Below, one piece after another: positions 16,321 through 26,636 of a stretch of DNA of 37,434 bases; position 1 is the stretch's first letter; each line of letters begins with the position of its first letter. Origin of the DNA: Candidatus Margulisiibacteriota bacterium (GTDB lineage: Bacteria; Margulisbacteria; Termititenacia; Termititenacales; Termititenacaceae); the NCBI GenBank assembly GCA_031267055.1, contig JAIRZV010000016.1:1-37434 (forward strand), given 5' to 3'. The notes below the pieces were generated by a model. The model was given only the letters and a program-made list of their open reading frames with translations, did no database searches and had not been told where the DNA came from. Both the position numbers and the translations under genes were made by a program.

Positions 16321-19300
16321 ATGACAGATGTAGTGACCGGCGTTAATAACAATTTAAACTGGCCGGAAATAATAACCAATCGGCAAACTCCTCATATAGG
16401 TGGTTTAAATGAGGATGAGTGGAAAAATTTGTTGGGGTTTACTACTTATGTGCAAGAAGATCACTATGATCCTTATATTCAAAATATTTATGATGAAATA
16501 ACTTTTCTAGAGCAAAATTATTGGCAAGATGAAAAGTATCGCAGTAGATTAACCCAAGATTTGGCAGAAATAAATCAAATTATCTCTGAGGCTACTAAAC
16601 CAAAAACGTTTAATTATAGTCCCAGACAATGCCTGTCGTTTTGTTATGCGGCGATCAGTTTGAATATTGTTCTTGGTGACAAGACTGGCAATACGACTTA
16701 TTACAATAATGCGCGCGAATTACTGGCGCGTTTTGATGTAAGACATGGAAATTATGTATTTCGCGCTCGGAATGAGGAGGTAACGCTTGCTTCCCATACT
16801 TTTGATCAAAGTTTATGGTTTGTGTCGCTGGTCGGCCAGTTGATCGAGCGTGGTGTCATTACGCCAGATACAGAAAAGACAAATAATATAGTTGGTCTTC
16901 TTGGTAATACAATAAAAACTATCGGGAATAATTATATTAATGAAAAAAATGAAGAAAAGAAAGCCGAATTATATATAAGAGGAAGATATTTTACTGCGGC
17001 TAGCCTTTATTTAGATGCCAAGCTGGAAAGAACAGAAGCGACCAGAGCCGCAAAGTATAAGGAAATATATGACAATTTGAAGAAGGATGGTACTTCCTCT
17101 CCTTTGTTACTTGTTTTGAGATTAACTGTATTAAATAGTTTGCTTTCCACTTCTCTCGATGCTGATGTTGTGAGGGATTATGGTGTAGATATGGCAGAAC
17201 TGGAACGATTTTTTAATTGGACTTTACTGCCTTCCGCAAATGCTATTAAACAAGCCCCAAATACTCCACGTGAGCGTGCCATAAAAGAAACAGACAAATC
17301 GTATTTGCAGGCTAAATATAATAGTTATGTGCAATACTATATGTCCCGCGCCAATTACTTGCGCACCGCAGCGCAGCAAGCTATAAAACAAATTAAATCT
17401 GCTGCGAATATCAATACAGCTATCAATAACGCCGCCACCGCTGTAAAGAATTTCAATGATTTTCTCTATGTCAGGGTTACTAATGATTTAGCGGACAGAG
17501 AAAATTCTTATTTTAAGGATTTTCTGACCTCAGCCAAACAAGAAGTGGAATTTCTCGAGTTAGATATTGTTTTGACCAGAGCGGAGCGCGGCGATACCAG
17601 TGTTAATTTAAATAGCTTAATGGGTCGTATTAACAGCCTAACGGCCAGCACTCCTGGAAACAACGCCCGCCGTTATTATTTCCGGTCGCGTTTGTTCAGT
17701 TTGCAGATCAAGCGCGAACCGAATCCAGAAAGAAAAAATATAATTCGCCGCAACGCTCTTGCTTTTATTATCGGTGGCCAAACCAGCGATGGAAAACCTA
17801 TTGCAGATAATGTGCTGACGGCTGATTATAATTTGAATAATATTTATAGAACTAACAATGCCGCTGACAATAAAAACTTGCAGCTCAACGCCCTCTGCGA
17901 AGCGGCGGAATTGCTTATGGATTTAGATAGAAAGAGTGAAGCCAAAGACTACTATGCGATTTTGGAAAGGCCTGCGGTATCCAATTTGACAGCTTTATTG
18001 AGTGTTGACCCGAGAACTAATCGATATGCTTTTCAAAGCGCGGATTTGAATGCGACATCCGCCCGAGTGCTGTTTTTGGCTGCCAGCTTAAAAGACAACA
18101 AAACTCTGTCAGAGGCCATTGCTAACCGGTTGATAGATGTGTTTGGTCCGGCGGGAAGTCCTAAAGACGAAACTATATTCAATGGCGCGCTGGCTCTTAG
18201 GGAAGGCTTCCGTTTTGACTATGTTTTAGATAATTTGAAAGCGCTGAAAAAAGCAGGCCAATGGGCGGAAGGTTTGGCTAAGATAGATGAAGAAGCGGCT
18301 TTGTTTGCACAGAACGCGGATAACCAGCGCGAGCGCGCTTTCCAATTAGCGGAGTGTAATAATCTGGCTTACCTTTACGACAATGGCAGCAAGCCGGATT
18401 TGAGCAATTTGGCGCAATACACTAATCCGGCCAGCCGGCAGAGACTGCATTATTTAAGAATGGCACAGTTGGCCAGCGACAAGGCTACACCCAGTGGTAA
18501 AGACCTGTCCGGTATTTTGCGAGAGATTGGCGATTTGGTGCGCTGGGATAAAAACTCCCAGAAACTGACTTTCACTTTGTCGAGCGAGTATGATGTTAGA
18601 CTAGATACTGTAAATAAGGATACACAAAAATCGCCGAAAGAATATAACGACGAGTTTGAGTTTGCGGTAATCGCTGAATATTTTGAGACGCTGAATAGTA
18701 TTTTGAATAGTGAAGAAAAAACCGGCCTGCGTCCAGCTGATCCACAATCCGCCGCAGAATTAACCGCCGCGTTTAGAGATTATTTTGATAGGCAGAAAGC
18801 GCGGAATGTCAACAGTCCTTCAGAACAAGATTTGCGCTTTTTGTTCTTCGCCGCGTTGCTCCTTGACGGCGATCAGTCAAAACCGAAAGACATTTACGAG
18901 AAAATTATCCACTGTTATCCCTTGCCAGTGCCGCGGGGCTATGCAGTGTCTGTCAATGGAGTGTCGCAAACTTATTATTACAATTCCGACGCCAAGCGTG
19001 CTTACTGGGAAGCGCAGGCCGGTCTGGTTAATTATTATGCTAAACAAAAGAATTTTGCCGCGCAGAAAACGGCATTTGATAGGATCGAAACCGAATACAA
19101 AAACCGCATTAATCCGCAAAACGTTGCTGGTTATGCCGCCGATGCCGCCTATATCAAAAATCTTTATTTCAACGCGCTGTTGATGCAGTGCCTGTCCGAT
19201 CTGGAGCAAGAAAACCGGAATACAGCCGTTGAACATTTGGGAGCATGGAAAACCCTGCTGGCAGACCCCGGCATTGCCGGACAATTAACTCCGGCGAAAC

Positions 19301-22300
19301 GTGAGCAGCATAAATATACTTTGATCGAAATGTGGACCCGCGCGGCCATGCTGCTGGACACACAGGAAGATCAGCCGCAGGACGCGCTCGACGAACTGCG
19401 CAAAATTTACAACGACAAAGAGTACAATTTATCCAGCGCGCAAAACGCCGCCGCCCGGCTCTGCGCCGACATTATTCGCGGCAATATTGAGGGACTGATT
19501 GCCGCAGACAGGCAGAGAACTACCGGTCCGCGCCTGACCTTTACTCCTGACGATACTTTTAACCCTGACAATATTTCTAAAAATTATTTTACAAAGAACT
19601 TAACGGTTGGCGCTTATACAGACCTGCCGCTTCGTTACGAAAAACAGTTGTTTATTTCTTCACTGCTCAATCGAGCCAAGCTTGGCGATCAACAGGCGGT
19701 TGAGACTTTGCAGGCCTTGCTTGCGCCGGCGCGCGCCGAGCAGACAACTGCTGAAGTTGACAAGGATTTCTTCTCGCAGATCGAGCCGCGCCTGGAGCTG
19801 GATCAAGCCTGGAATTCTCTGAATGATAAATATCAGGGTTATCGGCCTGCGGGTATCAATGCCGAAAATATTGCCAAAAAATATCTTGCTTCTCCATATT
19901 CTGCTGGCACACACGATGAGGCGAAAGACCTGCTCCGTCTGGCCTGGTCGAAAGGCGCTAATCCACAATGGGCTGTCAACGGGACGACTATTACGATCGA
20001 CAATAGGCCAGTACCGATAAAAGGCTATGCAGACCTGGCCGGATTTACCAATAAGCAGGCTCGCTCTGCCGCGGAAAATCTCCTGACGCTTTACGGTTAT
20101 ACTACGGCGACACGCGATGAGAACAAACTGGCCGGATTGATTAAGAATATTCTAACCCCGGGGGTGGCCGACGAAGAATTGTGCTGCAAGGCCCAGTTGG
20201 CCGAAGCCGAACAATACCTGCGGCTCAGCGGCGATCCGGACGCTGTAAAAAATTTACCGGCAGTCCTGTCAGCCTTGGGCTTTCTGTCCGGCGCCAGGAC
20301 CGACCGATACATTCGTCCGGCTATCGAGAAAGCTTTGGAAACCACTTTGGATGTTCTGGGTGATATTTTTACTGAAAATGCCGAAAGCCGTACTTCGGAC
20401 GATTATTATACTTATTGCAATCAGCGTATCCGCTATGTGCTTTTGCAATATGAAAATGCCCCGCAAAACGCTTATGACGCGCTGGAAAAACTGAGCAAGC
20501 CGCTGAATGAAGGTGGGCTGGGCTTGTCCGGCGACAGCCTTACCGGAAAACTCCTGCTGGATACAATTACTGCCAATAGGAATACGTTGCTTCTAGAAAA
20601 CGCGGATAAAATAAATGGCGCCGCAGAAAAGCTGAATTTTGTGCCACAGCCACAGTCGGATCAGGATCAGAAAAAAATTCTTGATGAGTACCTGCATATT
20701 TATGACGAAGATTGCGCCACAAAATTCCAAAAACAATTGCTGATCGGTATCTTGCTGCTTTTGGCCGCTCAGACCCGGATAAGCGGGGCGGAGCCTGCGG
20801 AGTCCGGCGATGATGACGCGGCGGAGATGGCTGTGGAAATACTCCTGGGTCTGCGTCCGAATGATGATCCGCGTAAATTGACTTCCGCAGAACGCTTGGC
20901 GGAAACCGTAGAGTTTATGGGGCAGGAATATTTTGACCTGCTTGAACCGCGCCTGCGTCTGGATTATGCCTGGGCTTTGCTGAAGCCGAATAACCCATCA
21001 GCGGCGGCTTTGAATATTACGGAGCGGATCGCCAGAACAATTATTGAACAGGGTGAGAAAGTCACGGCCAAGATAATTTCTGAAGCGGAAGACCTGCTCC
21101 GTCTGGCCTGGGCTAAGTCTAAAGATAGTGCAGATGGCAAGCCTAAGCCGCAATGGGCTGTCGACGGCAAGAATATTGGCACGGATGACCAGCCGGTGTT
21201 CATAAAAGGTTATGCCGCACTGATCGCTGAACCAACGGATTTTACCGACAAACGAGTGAACGGCGCGTTTGAAAATCTGATCTCACTGTACGGCTACAAT
21301 CCTCTGACGCGCGATGCTGAATCAAATAAAGGCAAATTGGCCGAACTGGTTAAACAATTACAAGAAACTTATGATAGCGCCACGTTCTCTCCACAGCTCA
21401 AACCGGCCGTCAAAAAACTGTACATCAAAGCTCTGCTGGCGCAGGCGGAGACTTATTACCGAGATAAAAATATGATCGACATGGCTAGGGCGCTGGATCT
21501 TTTGTTAGCGAAACCGACTGAGTCTACCGGTGATTACAGCGGCCTGTTATCTGGAGAAATCGGTATTCCAGAAAAAACCGAGGAGTATTATGCCTACTGC
21601 GAGCAGCGCGTCCGTCTGGTTTTGCAACAAGCGCAAGACAACAATAAATCCAAATCGGCGGTGGAGACCGGCAATGATCTGGAAATTTTGCGCGGAGAAT
21701 TAAATCTGATCAGTCCGGAATGGCTCCCGACCAACTTGACCGAAAAATTATTGAATTCTTTTATTACGGTCAACAAGCCGAACATCACACCTCAAGAGAC
21801 CAAGGATGTTATGGCTAATCTGGGTTTTGACATCACAGCAAGCCGCGAGTATTTCGAGAAAACCTGCCGGACCGATTATCAACGCCGCTTATTCATCGGT
21901 ATCTTGTGCAAGCTGGCTGATTCGACCTCAGACGCGCCGAACACCCTTACCCCTGATCAACGCGCGAAGCTTCTTTCGGACGGCGATAACGACATTTATG
22001 AACAGATCGTGGAAGATTTGTTGCTGGACAGCCAAAACCAATACAGGCCCACGACTTTTGCGCAGGATCTTCTGAGTCCGGAATACGCGGCGACGATCCT
22101 GCCGCGTCTGCGTCTGGGCATGGCTTGGCGCGGACTGACCGGTAATGATAATGAATCAGCCGACCAAGTAATTTCCAAAGACTGGTTGGCTGTGGCTGAT
22201 GGAGTGGTCAGTGTTGTTGATGCTTTGTGCGCTGTAAATTTGACGCTGAGAAAAGAACTGCAGAACGAAGTCGATTCTTTGCGTTATTTCGTAATGATCA

Positions 22301-25300
22301 AGAATAAAGATGAAAATAAAGATACACATATAAAGAAAATCAATGAGGCTTTGACTGATTATTACTTGCCGCAAATCGCCGACAATCCGGCAAACATGGA
22401 TGCCAGGACTTTGGTGCTAAGCGCCTATGCCTATGATTTGCAAGAATACTCCGTAGCGTTGAGTTATATCGACGAGAATATTCGATATACTGGCGAAAAT
22501 ATTCGACGTGATGCCGCGCTCGACCCGATTCTTTTCTCTACAGTAGTGGACTGCTGGAGCAAGCAAGAGCCAAAGACGGTAATACCAGAGGTTAGAGTGC
22601 GACAATACATCACTGCTATTCAAACCCAGCCGGAACTTTACGCCAGCGACAAAGCCAAAACCGCGCTGGCCAATATTATCTGTGCTTATGTTTCTCAACA
22701 GTTGGAGGACGGCAATCTGGACGATATCAGTTGGCTGAAAAATATTATTTTGCCGTCAGCCGAACATTCGCCGGGGACGCGTACATATATTGAAGCTAGG
22801 ATCGGTAAGCTCAAAGTTGATGCGTTGATAAAAGAAGGCAGATATGAAGAAGCGCTCAAGCTCTTGCAAGGAACGGATAAAAAGAGTGGAGTTCCGCTAA
22901 GCGGAACGGCTGAAAATGGCGTGGTATATACGCCGGTTAGTTTTAGTTTAAATAGAGAGAATGCGACAACCGGAATTAGCGCGATACTTACAGCAGATAC
23001 TGGTCCAGCTGCGGCGGTTGAAAGTGATGCAAAATCCGGAATTTTGCAAAAATTAGATAGCTTGGAGACAGAATATAATGGCAAGCTGGATTCGCGGCTT
23101 ATTGTTTCCCTGCGCAACGATGTGCGGCGGCAGCAGGCGCAGATCAAAGAGGCGCAGGGTTTTTACACGGAGGCTGTGGCTCGTTTAGACGAAATTGATT
23201 TGAGTTTTATCGATGACGAAAAAGAAAAAACTCAGGCGCAGTTTTATGACGACTTACAGCACGCGCGTATTTTTATTAAGCAGGAAAAATTTGCTGATGC
23301 GCAGAGCATACTAGAAACTCTCCCTGCTCTTGCTGATTCCGCAGAGCTCAAACCCGATGAGCGATGTCTGATTTATTTCAATCTGTTGGACATCGCCCTG
23401 CAAAACCCAGAAGTCGCCTTGGGTTATTTGGCCAAATTAGCAGAATTGTTGTCCGCCGAAAACAATGACGCGCCGGAAAAAAATATTAAACCGGAAACTG
23501 TTTTACTTTATGACTTACAGCGTGTGGCCGCGCGCAAATTGTTGCAAGGACAAATGCCCCCGGACGAAAATATGCCCACGCTGGAAGATGTGGAGCAAAA
23601 AATAAACGCTCTGCCTGCGGGCTACAAACAACAGACTTATAGAAACTTGCTGGCCGAGCTGCAAGCCTACGAACATTTAGAGAGCCGGAGTTATTTACAG
23701 ACAGGCAACGGCGCGATTATTGCGGAATTTGCGTTGCCGCAAACTTTTGAGCCGGCGGACGGTCTGGATTCCGAGGAACACGCGCTGAACATGCGGAAGA
23801 TTTATCTCGATAGCCAGATTACCGCCGGCGGAGCCGCCGCGGCAAACGCTTTGACCAAGATGGATGCGGATCTGGAAAGCGTTGAGACAGCACTCAAAAC
23901 AACAAAAAGCGAAGGTCTGCAAATTGTTCTGCAAAAATATGAAACTGAGTTGCTTTTCCTGAAGTACAGTTTTTTAAGAACTCATTCCCAATATGACGCC
24001 AGCGACAAAAAAATAGAAGGCCGATTGGCTGAAATTAATGAACGGCTGGACAAATCCATAAAAGCCCTGAAAGATTTGGCGCCGTATTCTGCTGTTAATG
24101 TTGAGGAACGGCGGGAAAATCTGCGCGAGTCTTCCAGCGACACGCCGCCCTATGATCTTTTGGAAACGCAGATCAAAGAAGATCTGGATTATTTTTATAA
24201 AGAGAATGGGAAGGATATTCAGCCGGGACAGTTGGAATTCTGGAAATTCAAGAAAAAACTCGACGATCTGTTGAATAATTTTGTCTTGCTGGGCGATAGT
24301 CCGCAGGCCAGCGCCGAGGAAATTATCTTGGCGGTCGACAAACTCTATGATCTACGGCTTGGTCTGGTGGAGTCTGGCGCGGTCTCTGGCGGTCAGCTTC
24401 TGCCCAAGATTGAGGCTTTCCGCGCGCAAATGCCGGCAGGTTTTGTTTTTACCGGTGAGGAAAAGGGCTACGGTTATTACTTGATCTTGAACCTGTTGGA
24501 AAAGGATCTGGCCAAATTCAGCCAAATTGCCAAAAAAGTTTATGACGCGGGTTATTTAAGTAAAAATGAACCGAACGATTATTATGCGCAGTCCAGCGTT
24601 CTGTTGATCGACTTGATAAACACCCAGCTTAAAAACAATGCTGAGTTTAACACTTATATTGGAGCAAACACCCTACCCCAAATTAATTATAAGCCGGATG
24701 GCGACAATCTGGTTACCAAATACGGTGATATGAGTTTGACCACAAATCTAAAGAAAAAAATCGCTTTAGTCGAGGACGAAAATTCTCTAGCCGAGGACGA
24801 AAATTCTCTCAATCTGCCGGCGGAGTTTAAGGCATGGGAGAAAGTGTATAAAAAACGGATAAGCGGCGCGTTGTCCGGAAGCTATAAATACACCGCCGGC
24901 AAGATGTTGCTTGATTATCTCGGCGCCTTGATCCGGCAGCGTGATGAAGGGCGGCCTGTTTCCGGATTGACTACTGTGAATAAAAAGATCAAGTTGTTGT
25001 TTGATTTCCTGAACACTCTGCCGTCGGACAATTTGTTTTCCGACTCGCATTATTATCAGCTCAAAATAGCCGCTTTGAAAATACAATACGCTTCGTCTTT
25101 GTTGTCTAAGGCCGTCGACGCTCGGGACTGGAATACCCCGGCTGCCGGACAGCCCAAACCGCGAAAGATAAGCGATACTTTGCCGGACTATCTGGGCCAA
25201 GCGCGGGATATTCTCGAGGAGCGGCTGGAACACGTCGCGTCGGACAGTGCGGAGCATAAACTGTGCTCGTATTTGCTGTCCGTGCTGAACGGTGAGGACC

Positions 25301-26622
25301 AAGAATTGCCAGAGATTTCCGGTTTGCCGGAAGAAGCTAAATATTTGTATATAGAATTAACTTCTCGTCTGGCCTCCGCACTGCTGGCTCAGCAGCAGTC
25401 CGGTATTCAGCGTTTGGGCGGTGTGGAAAAAAACAAAATCCTCTCACTGACCGACACTATAAAATCCTGGGAACCTGATCATGCCGGGTTGCCGTATCTA
25501 GAACAAAACATAAAAAATGCGACGCAAAAATTGTCCCTTAGTCTGCTGGACAGGCTTGACTTAACCTCCAGCGAAAACACTTCCGTTTGGTGTTCTATTG
25601 ATAATCAGAATGTCCAGCTGGTTAAGAACGGACTTTTCGGCAGTTTGGCGTCTAAGACTGAAAAAATAAATTTAAGTAAAGAGGTTCCTATTATCTGGAC
25701 ACCGTGGAATTTCCTGAACCTGCGGGCGACTCCGGGCGTAGATCTGCAGTGGCTTAAGTCGACGGACAGTATTTCTCAACAAGGCCTATACGAAGGTCTT
25801 TTGTTTACAAAACAAGAGACACATTCATCTGAAACCCCGTTTTTAGAACCGATAATTGTGCCGAAAATTGGCCTTGGTTTTGACCTTATTGCGCCGCAGG
25901 GTTGGCTGCTTGGTTTTTGGCAGCCTTCACTTAGCGGAGATGTTAACTATAGCTATTCGCCGCAACAGCGCTCGCCTTACAATGCCAGTCGTTTTGGTGA
26001 AAAAAATTATTGGGATCATCACTGGTCTTTCGATGTGGCATTCAACAATAAGTTTGCTGTAAACAAATTTTTCGGTTTTGAAATTAATAATGCGCTGCAC
26101 TGGAGCCTGGATAATGGCATGTTGGCTACGGAATCCTACTATTATAAAGAAGAAAAAACGCTGTCCGGCGCTTTCCAATACAATCCGAGGGGACGGGTGA
26201 ATTTCAACTTTGGTGAACTAAGTACGTATTTAGGCGGCGGTTTGTTATTTGAACAGGCCAACAATCTCAATAGCGGCTGGCAATGGGCTGACCGTTTCGG
26301 CTGGGCGGCTGAATTGGGCTGGTCTTATTATAGTCCGCGCTGGTCTGGGAGTGTGGCTGGCAATTTTAGTATACTTGGCAAAGATATTAACACCGGACTG
26401 AATTTCCGTTTTACCCGGCCAAATTGGCCGACCCTGTTGCTGGGCCTTAATTATACGCTGCTGCCCAAAAGGATAACTAACAGCAGTCAGGATATTACTT
26501 ATGATTCTGGTAAGCATACGCTGACGAACACTACAGACACGCGCTCTTCGCAGAATAATCTCAGCGTGTCTCTGAGCGTGGAAATCCCGCTTTCGCCATT
26601 TGACAAACATAACAAAAAATAA
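16321..26622 (+). CDS. Giant (3433 aa) alpha-helical/TPR-like repeat protein with probable C-terminal outer-membrane beta-barrel (BcsC-like layout)
   Basis: GGAGGA RBS at 16310-16315. About 3070 aa of Ala/Leu/Tyr-rich helical sequence with TPR-like segments (LIKEGRYEEALKLL, QGFYTEAVARLDEI, IFIKQEKFADAQSILE). The last ~360 aa show alternating amphipathic strands with aromatic residues (WSFDVAFNNKF, WAAELGWSYY, TGLNFRF, LLLGLNYTL, LSVSLSVEIPL). Confidence 0.65.
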   Translation: MTDVVTGVNNNLNWPEIITNRQTPHIGGLNEDEWKNLLGFTTYVQEDHYDPYIQNIYDEITFLEQNYWQDEKYRSRLTQDLAEINQIISEATKPKTFNYSPRQCLSFCYAAISLNIVLGDKTGNTTYYNNARELLARFDVRHGNYVFRARNEEVTLASHTFDQSLWFVSLVGQLIERGVITPDTEKTNNIVGLLGNTIKTIGNNYINEKNEEKKAELYIRGRYFTAASLYLDAKLERTEATRAAKYKEIYDNLKKDGTSSPLLLVLRLTVLNSLLSTSLDADVVRDYGVDMAELERFFNWTLLPSANAIKQAPNTPRERAIKETDKSYLQAKYNSYVQYYMSRANYLRTAAQQAIKQIKSAANINTAINNAATAVKNFNDFLYVRVTNDLADRENSYFKDFLTSAKQEVEFLELDIVLTRAERGDTSVNLNSLMGRINSLTASTPGNNARRYYFRSRLFSLQIKREPNPERKNIIRRNALAFIIGGQTSDGKPIADNVLTADYNLNNIYRTNNAADNKNLQLNALCEAAELLMDLDRKSEAKDYYAILERPAVSNLTALLSVDPRTNRYAFQSADLNATSARVLFLAASLKDNKTLSEAIANRLIDVFGPAGSPKDETIFNGALALREGFRFDYVLDNLKALKKAGQWAEGLAKIDEEAALFAQNADNQRERAFQLAECNNLAYLYDNGSKPDLSNLAQYTNPASRQRLHYLRMAQLASDKATPSGKDLSGILREIGDLVRWDKNSQKLTFTLSSEYDVRLDTVNKDTQKSPKEYNDEFEFAVIAEYFETLNSILNSEEKTGLRPADPQSAAELTAAFRDYFDRQKARNVNSPSEQDLRFLFFAALLLDGDQSKPKDIYEKIIHCYPLPVPRGYAVSVNGVSQTYYYNSDAKRAYWEAQAGLVNYYAKQKNFAAQKTAFDRIETEYKNRINPQNVAGYAADAAYIKNLYFNALLMQCLSDLEQENRNTAVEHLGAWKTLLADPGIAGQLTPAKREQHKYTLIEMWTRAAMLLDTQEDQPQDALDELRKIYNDKEYNLSSAQNAAARLCADIIRGNIEGLIAADRQRTTGPRLTFTPDDTFNPDNISKNYFTKNLTVGAYTDLPLRYEKQLFISSLLNRAKLGDQQAVETLQALLAPARAEQTTAEVDKDFFSQIEPRLELDQAWNSLNDKYQGYRPAGINAENIAKKYLASPYSAGTHDEAKDLLRLAWSKGANPQWAVNGTTITIDNRPVPIKGYADLAGFTNKQARSAAENLLTLYGYTTATRDENKLAGLIKNILTPGVADEELCCKAQLAEAEQYLRLSGDPDAVKNLPAVLSALGFLSGARTDRYIRPAIEKALETTLDVLGDIFTENAESRTSDDYYTYCNQRIRYVLLQYENAPQNAYDALEKLSKPLNEGGLGLSGDSLTGKLLLDTITANRNTLLLENADKINGAAEKLNFVPQPQSDQDQKKILDEYLHIYDEDCATKFQKQLLIGILLLLAAQTRISGAEPAESGDDDAAEMAVEILLGLRPNDDPRKLTSAERLAETVEFMGQEYFDLLEPRLRLDYAWALLKPNNPSAAALNITERIARTIIEQGEKVTAKIISEAEDLLRLAWAKSKDSADGKPKPQWAVDGKNIGTDDQPVFIKGYAALIAEPTDFTDKRVNGAFENLISLYGYNPLTRDAESNKGKLAELVKQLQETYDSATFSPQLKPAVKKLYIKALLAQAETYYRDKNMIDMARALDLLLAKPTESTGDYSGLLSGEIGIPEKTEEYYAYCEQRVRLVLQQAQDNNKSKSAVETGNDLEILRGELNLISPEWLPTNLTEKLLNSFITVNKPNITPQETKDVMANLGFDITASREYFEKTCRTDYQRRLFIGILCKLADSTSDAPNTLTPDQRAKLLSDGDNDIYEQIVEDLLLDSQNQYRPTTFAQDLLSPEYAATILPRLRLGMAWRGLTGNDNESADQVISKDWLAVADGVVSVVDALCAVNLTLRKELQNEVDSLRYFVMIKNKDENKDTHIKKINEALTDYYLPQIADNPANMDARTLVLSAYAYDLQEYSVALSYIDENIRYTGENIRRDAALDPILFSTVVDCWSKQEPKTVIPEVRVRQYITAIQTQPELYASDKAKTALANIICAYVSQQLEDGNLDDISWLKNIILPSAEHSPGTRTYIEARIGKLKVDALIKEGRYEEALKLLQGTDKKSGVPLSGTAENGVVYTPVSFSLNRENATTGISAILTADTGPAAAVESDAKSGILQKLDSLETEYNGKLDSRLIVSLRNDVRRQQAQIKEAQGFYTEAVARLDEIDLSFIDDEKEKTQAQFYDDLQHARIFIKQEKFADAQSILETLPALADSAELKPDERCLIYFNLLDIALQNPEVALGYLAKLAELLSAENNDAPEKNIKPETVLLYDLQRVAARKLLQGQMPPDENMPTLEDVEQKINALPAGYKQQTYRNLLAELQAYEHLESRSYLQTGNGAIIAEFALPQTFEPADGLDSEEHALNMRKIYLDSQITAGGAAAANALTKMDADLESVETALKTTKSEGLQIVLQKYETELLFLKYSFLRTHSQYDASDKKIEGRLAEINERLDKSIKALKDLAPYSAVNVEERRENLRESSSDTPPYDLLETQIKEDLDYFYKENGKDIQPGQLEFWKFKKKLDDLLNNFVLLGDSPQASAEEIILAVDKLYDLRLGLVESGAVSGGQLLPKIEAFRAQMPAGFVFTGEEKGYGYYLILNLLEKDLAKFSQIAKKVYDAGYLSKNEPNDYYAQSSVLLIDLINTQLKNNAEFNTYIGANTLPQINYKPDGDNLVTKYGDMSLTTNLKKKIALVEDENSLAEDENSLNLPAEFKAWEKVYKKRISGALSGSYKYTAGKMLLDYLGALIRQRDEGRPVSGLTTVNKKIKLLFDFLNTLPSDNLFSDSHYYQLKIAALKIQYASSLLSKAVDARDWNTPAAGQPKPRKISDTLPDYLGQARDILEERLEHVASDSAEHKLCSYLLSVLNGEDQELPEISGLPEEAKYLYIELTSRLASALLAQQQSGIQRLGGVEKNKILSLTDTIKSWEPDHAGLPYLEQNIKNATQKLSLSLLDRLDLTSSENTSVWCSIDNQNVQLVKNGLFGSLASKTEKINLSKEVPIIWTPWNFLNLRATPGVDLQWLKSTDSISQQGLYEGLLFTKQETHSSETPFLEPIIVPKIGLGFDLIAPQGWLLGFWQPSLSGDVNYSYSPQQRSPYNASRFGEKNYWDHHWSFDVAFNNKFAVNKFFGFEINNALHWSLDNGMLATESYYYKEEKTLSGAFQYNPRGRVNFNFGELSTYLGGGLLFEQANNLNSGWQWADRFGWAAELGWSYYSPRWSGSVAGNFSILGKDINTGLNFRFTRPNWPTLLLGLNYTLLPKRITNSSQDITYDSGKHTLTNTTDTRSSQNNLSVSLSVEIPLSPFDKHNKK
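19600..22300 (+). repeat. Intragenic tandem repeat of ~385-390 aa, about 2.3-2.5 copies (approximate bounds)
   Basis: PRL.L..AW starts at 19786, 20947 and 22102 (periods 1161 and 1155 bp). DLLRLAW, PQWAV.G, IKGYA.L, ENL..LYGY...TRD and YY.YC.QR.R.VL.Q each occur twice. A 23-bp identity links 19925-19947 and 21089-21111. Confidence 0.9.
24767..24809 (+). repeat. 21-bp in-frame tandem duplication (EDENSL x2)
   Basis: TAGTCGAGGACGAAAATTCTC followed by TAGCCGAGGACGAAAATTCTC, one mismatch. Confidence 0.9.
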
Positions 26623-26636
26623 AAGAGGTGAGGACA

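Noticed and set aside
3086-26622. Giant ORFs as NRPS/PKS, RHS or RTX toxins, or phage tape-measure/virion RNA polymerase
   Set aside because: No adenylation/KS/carrier motifs, YD or GGxGxD repeats, or phage context; the GT2 and GH8 motifs explain them better.
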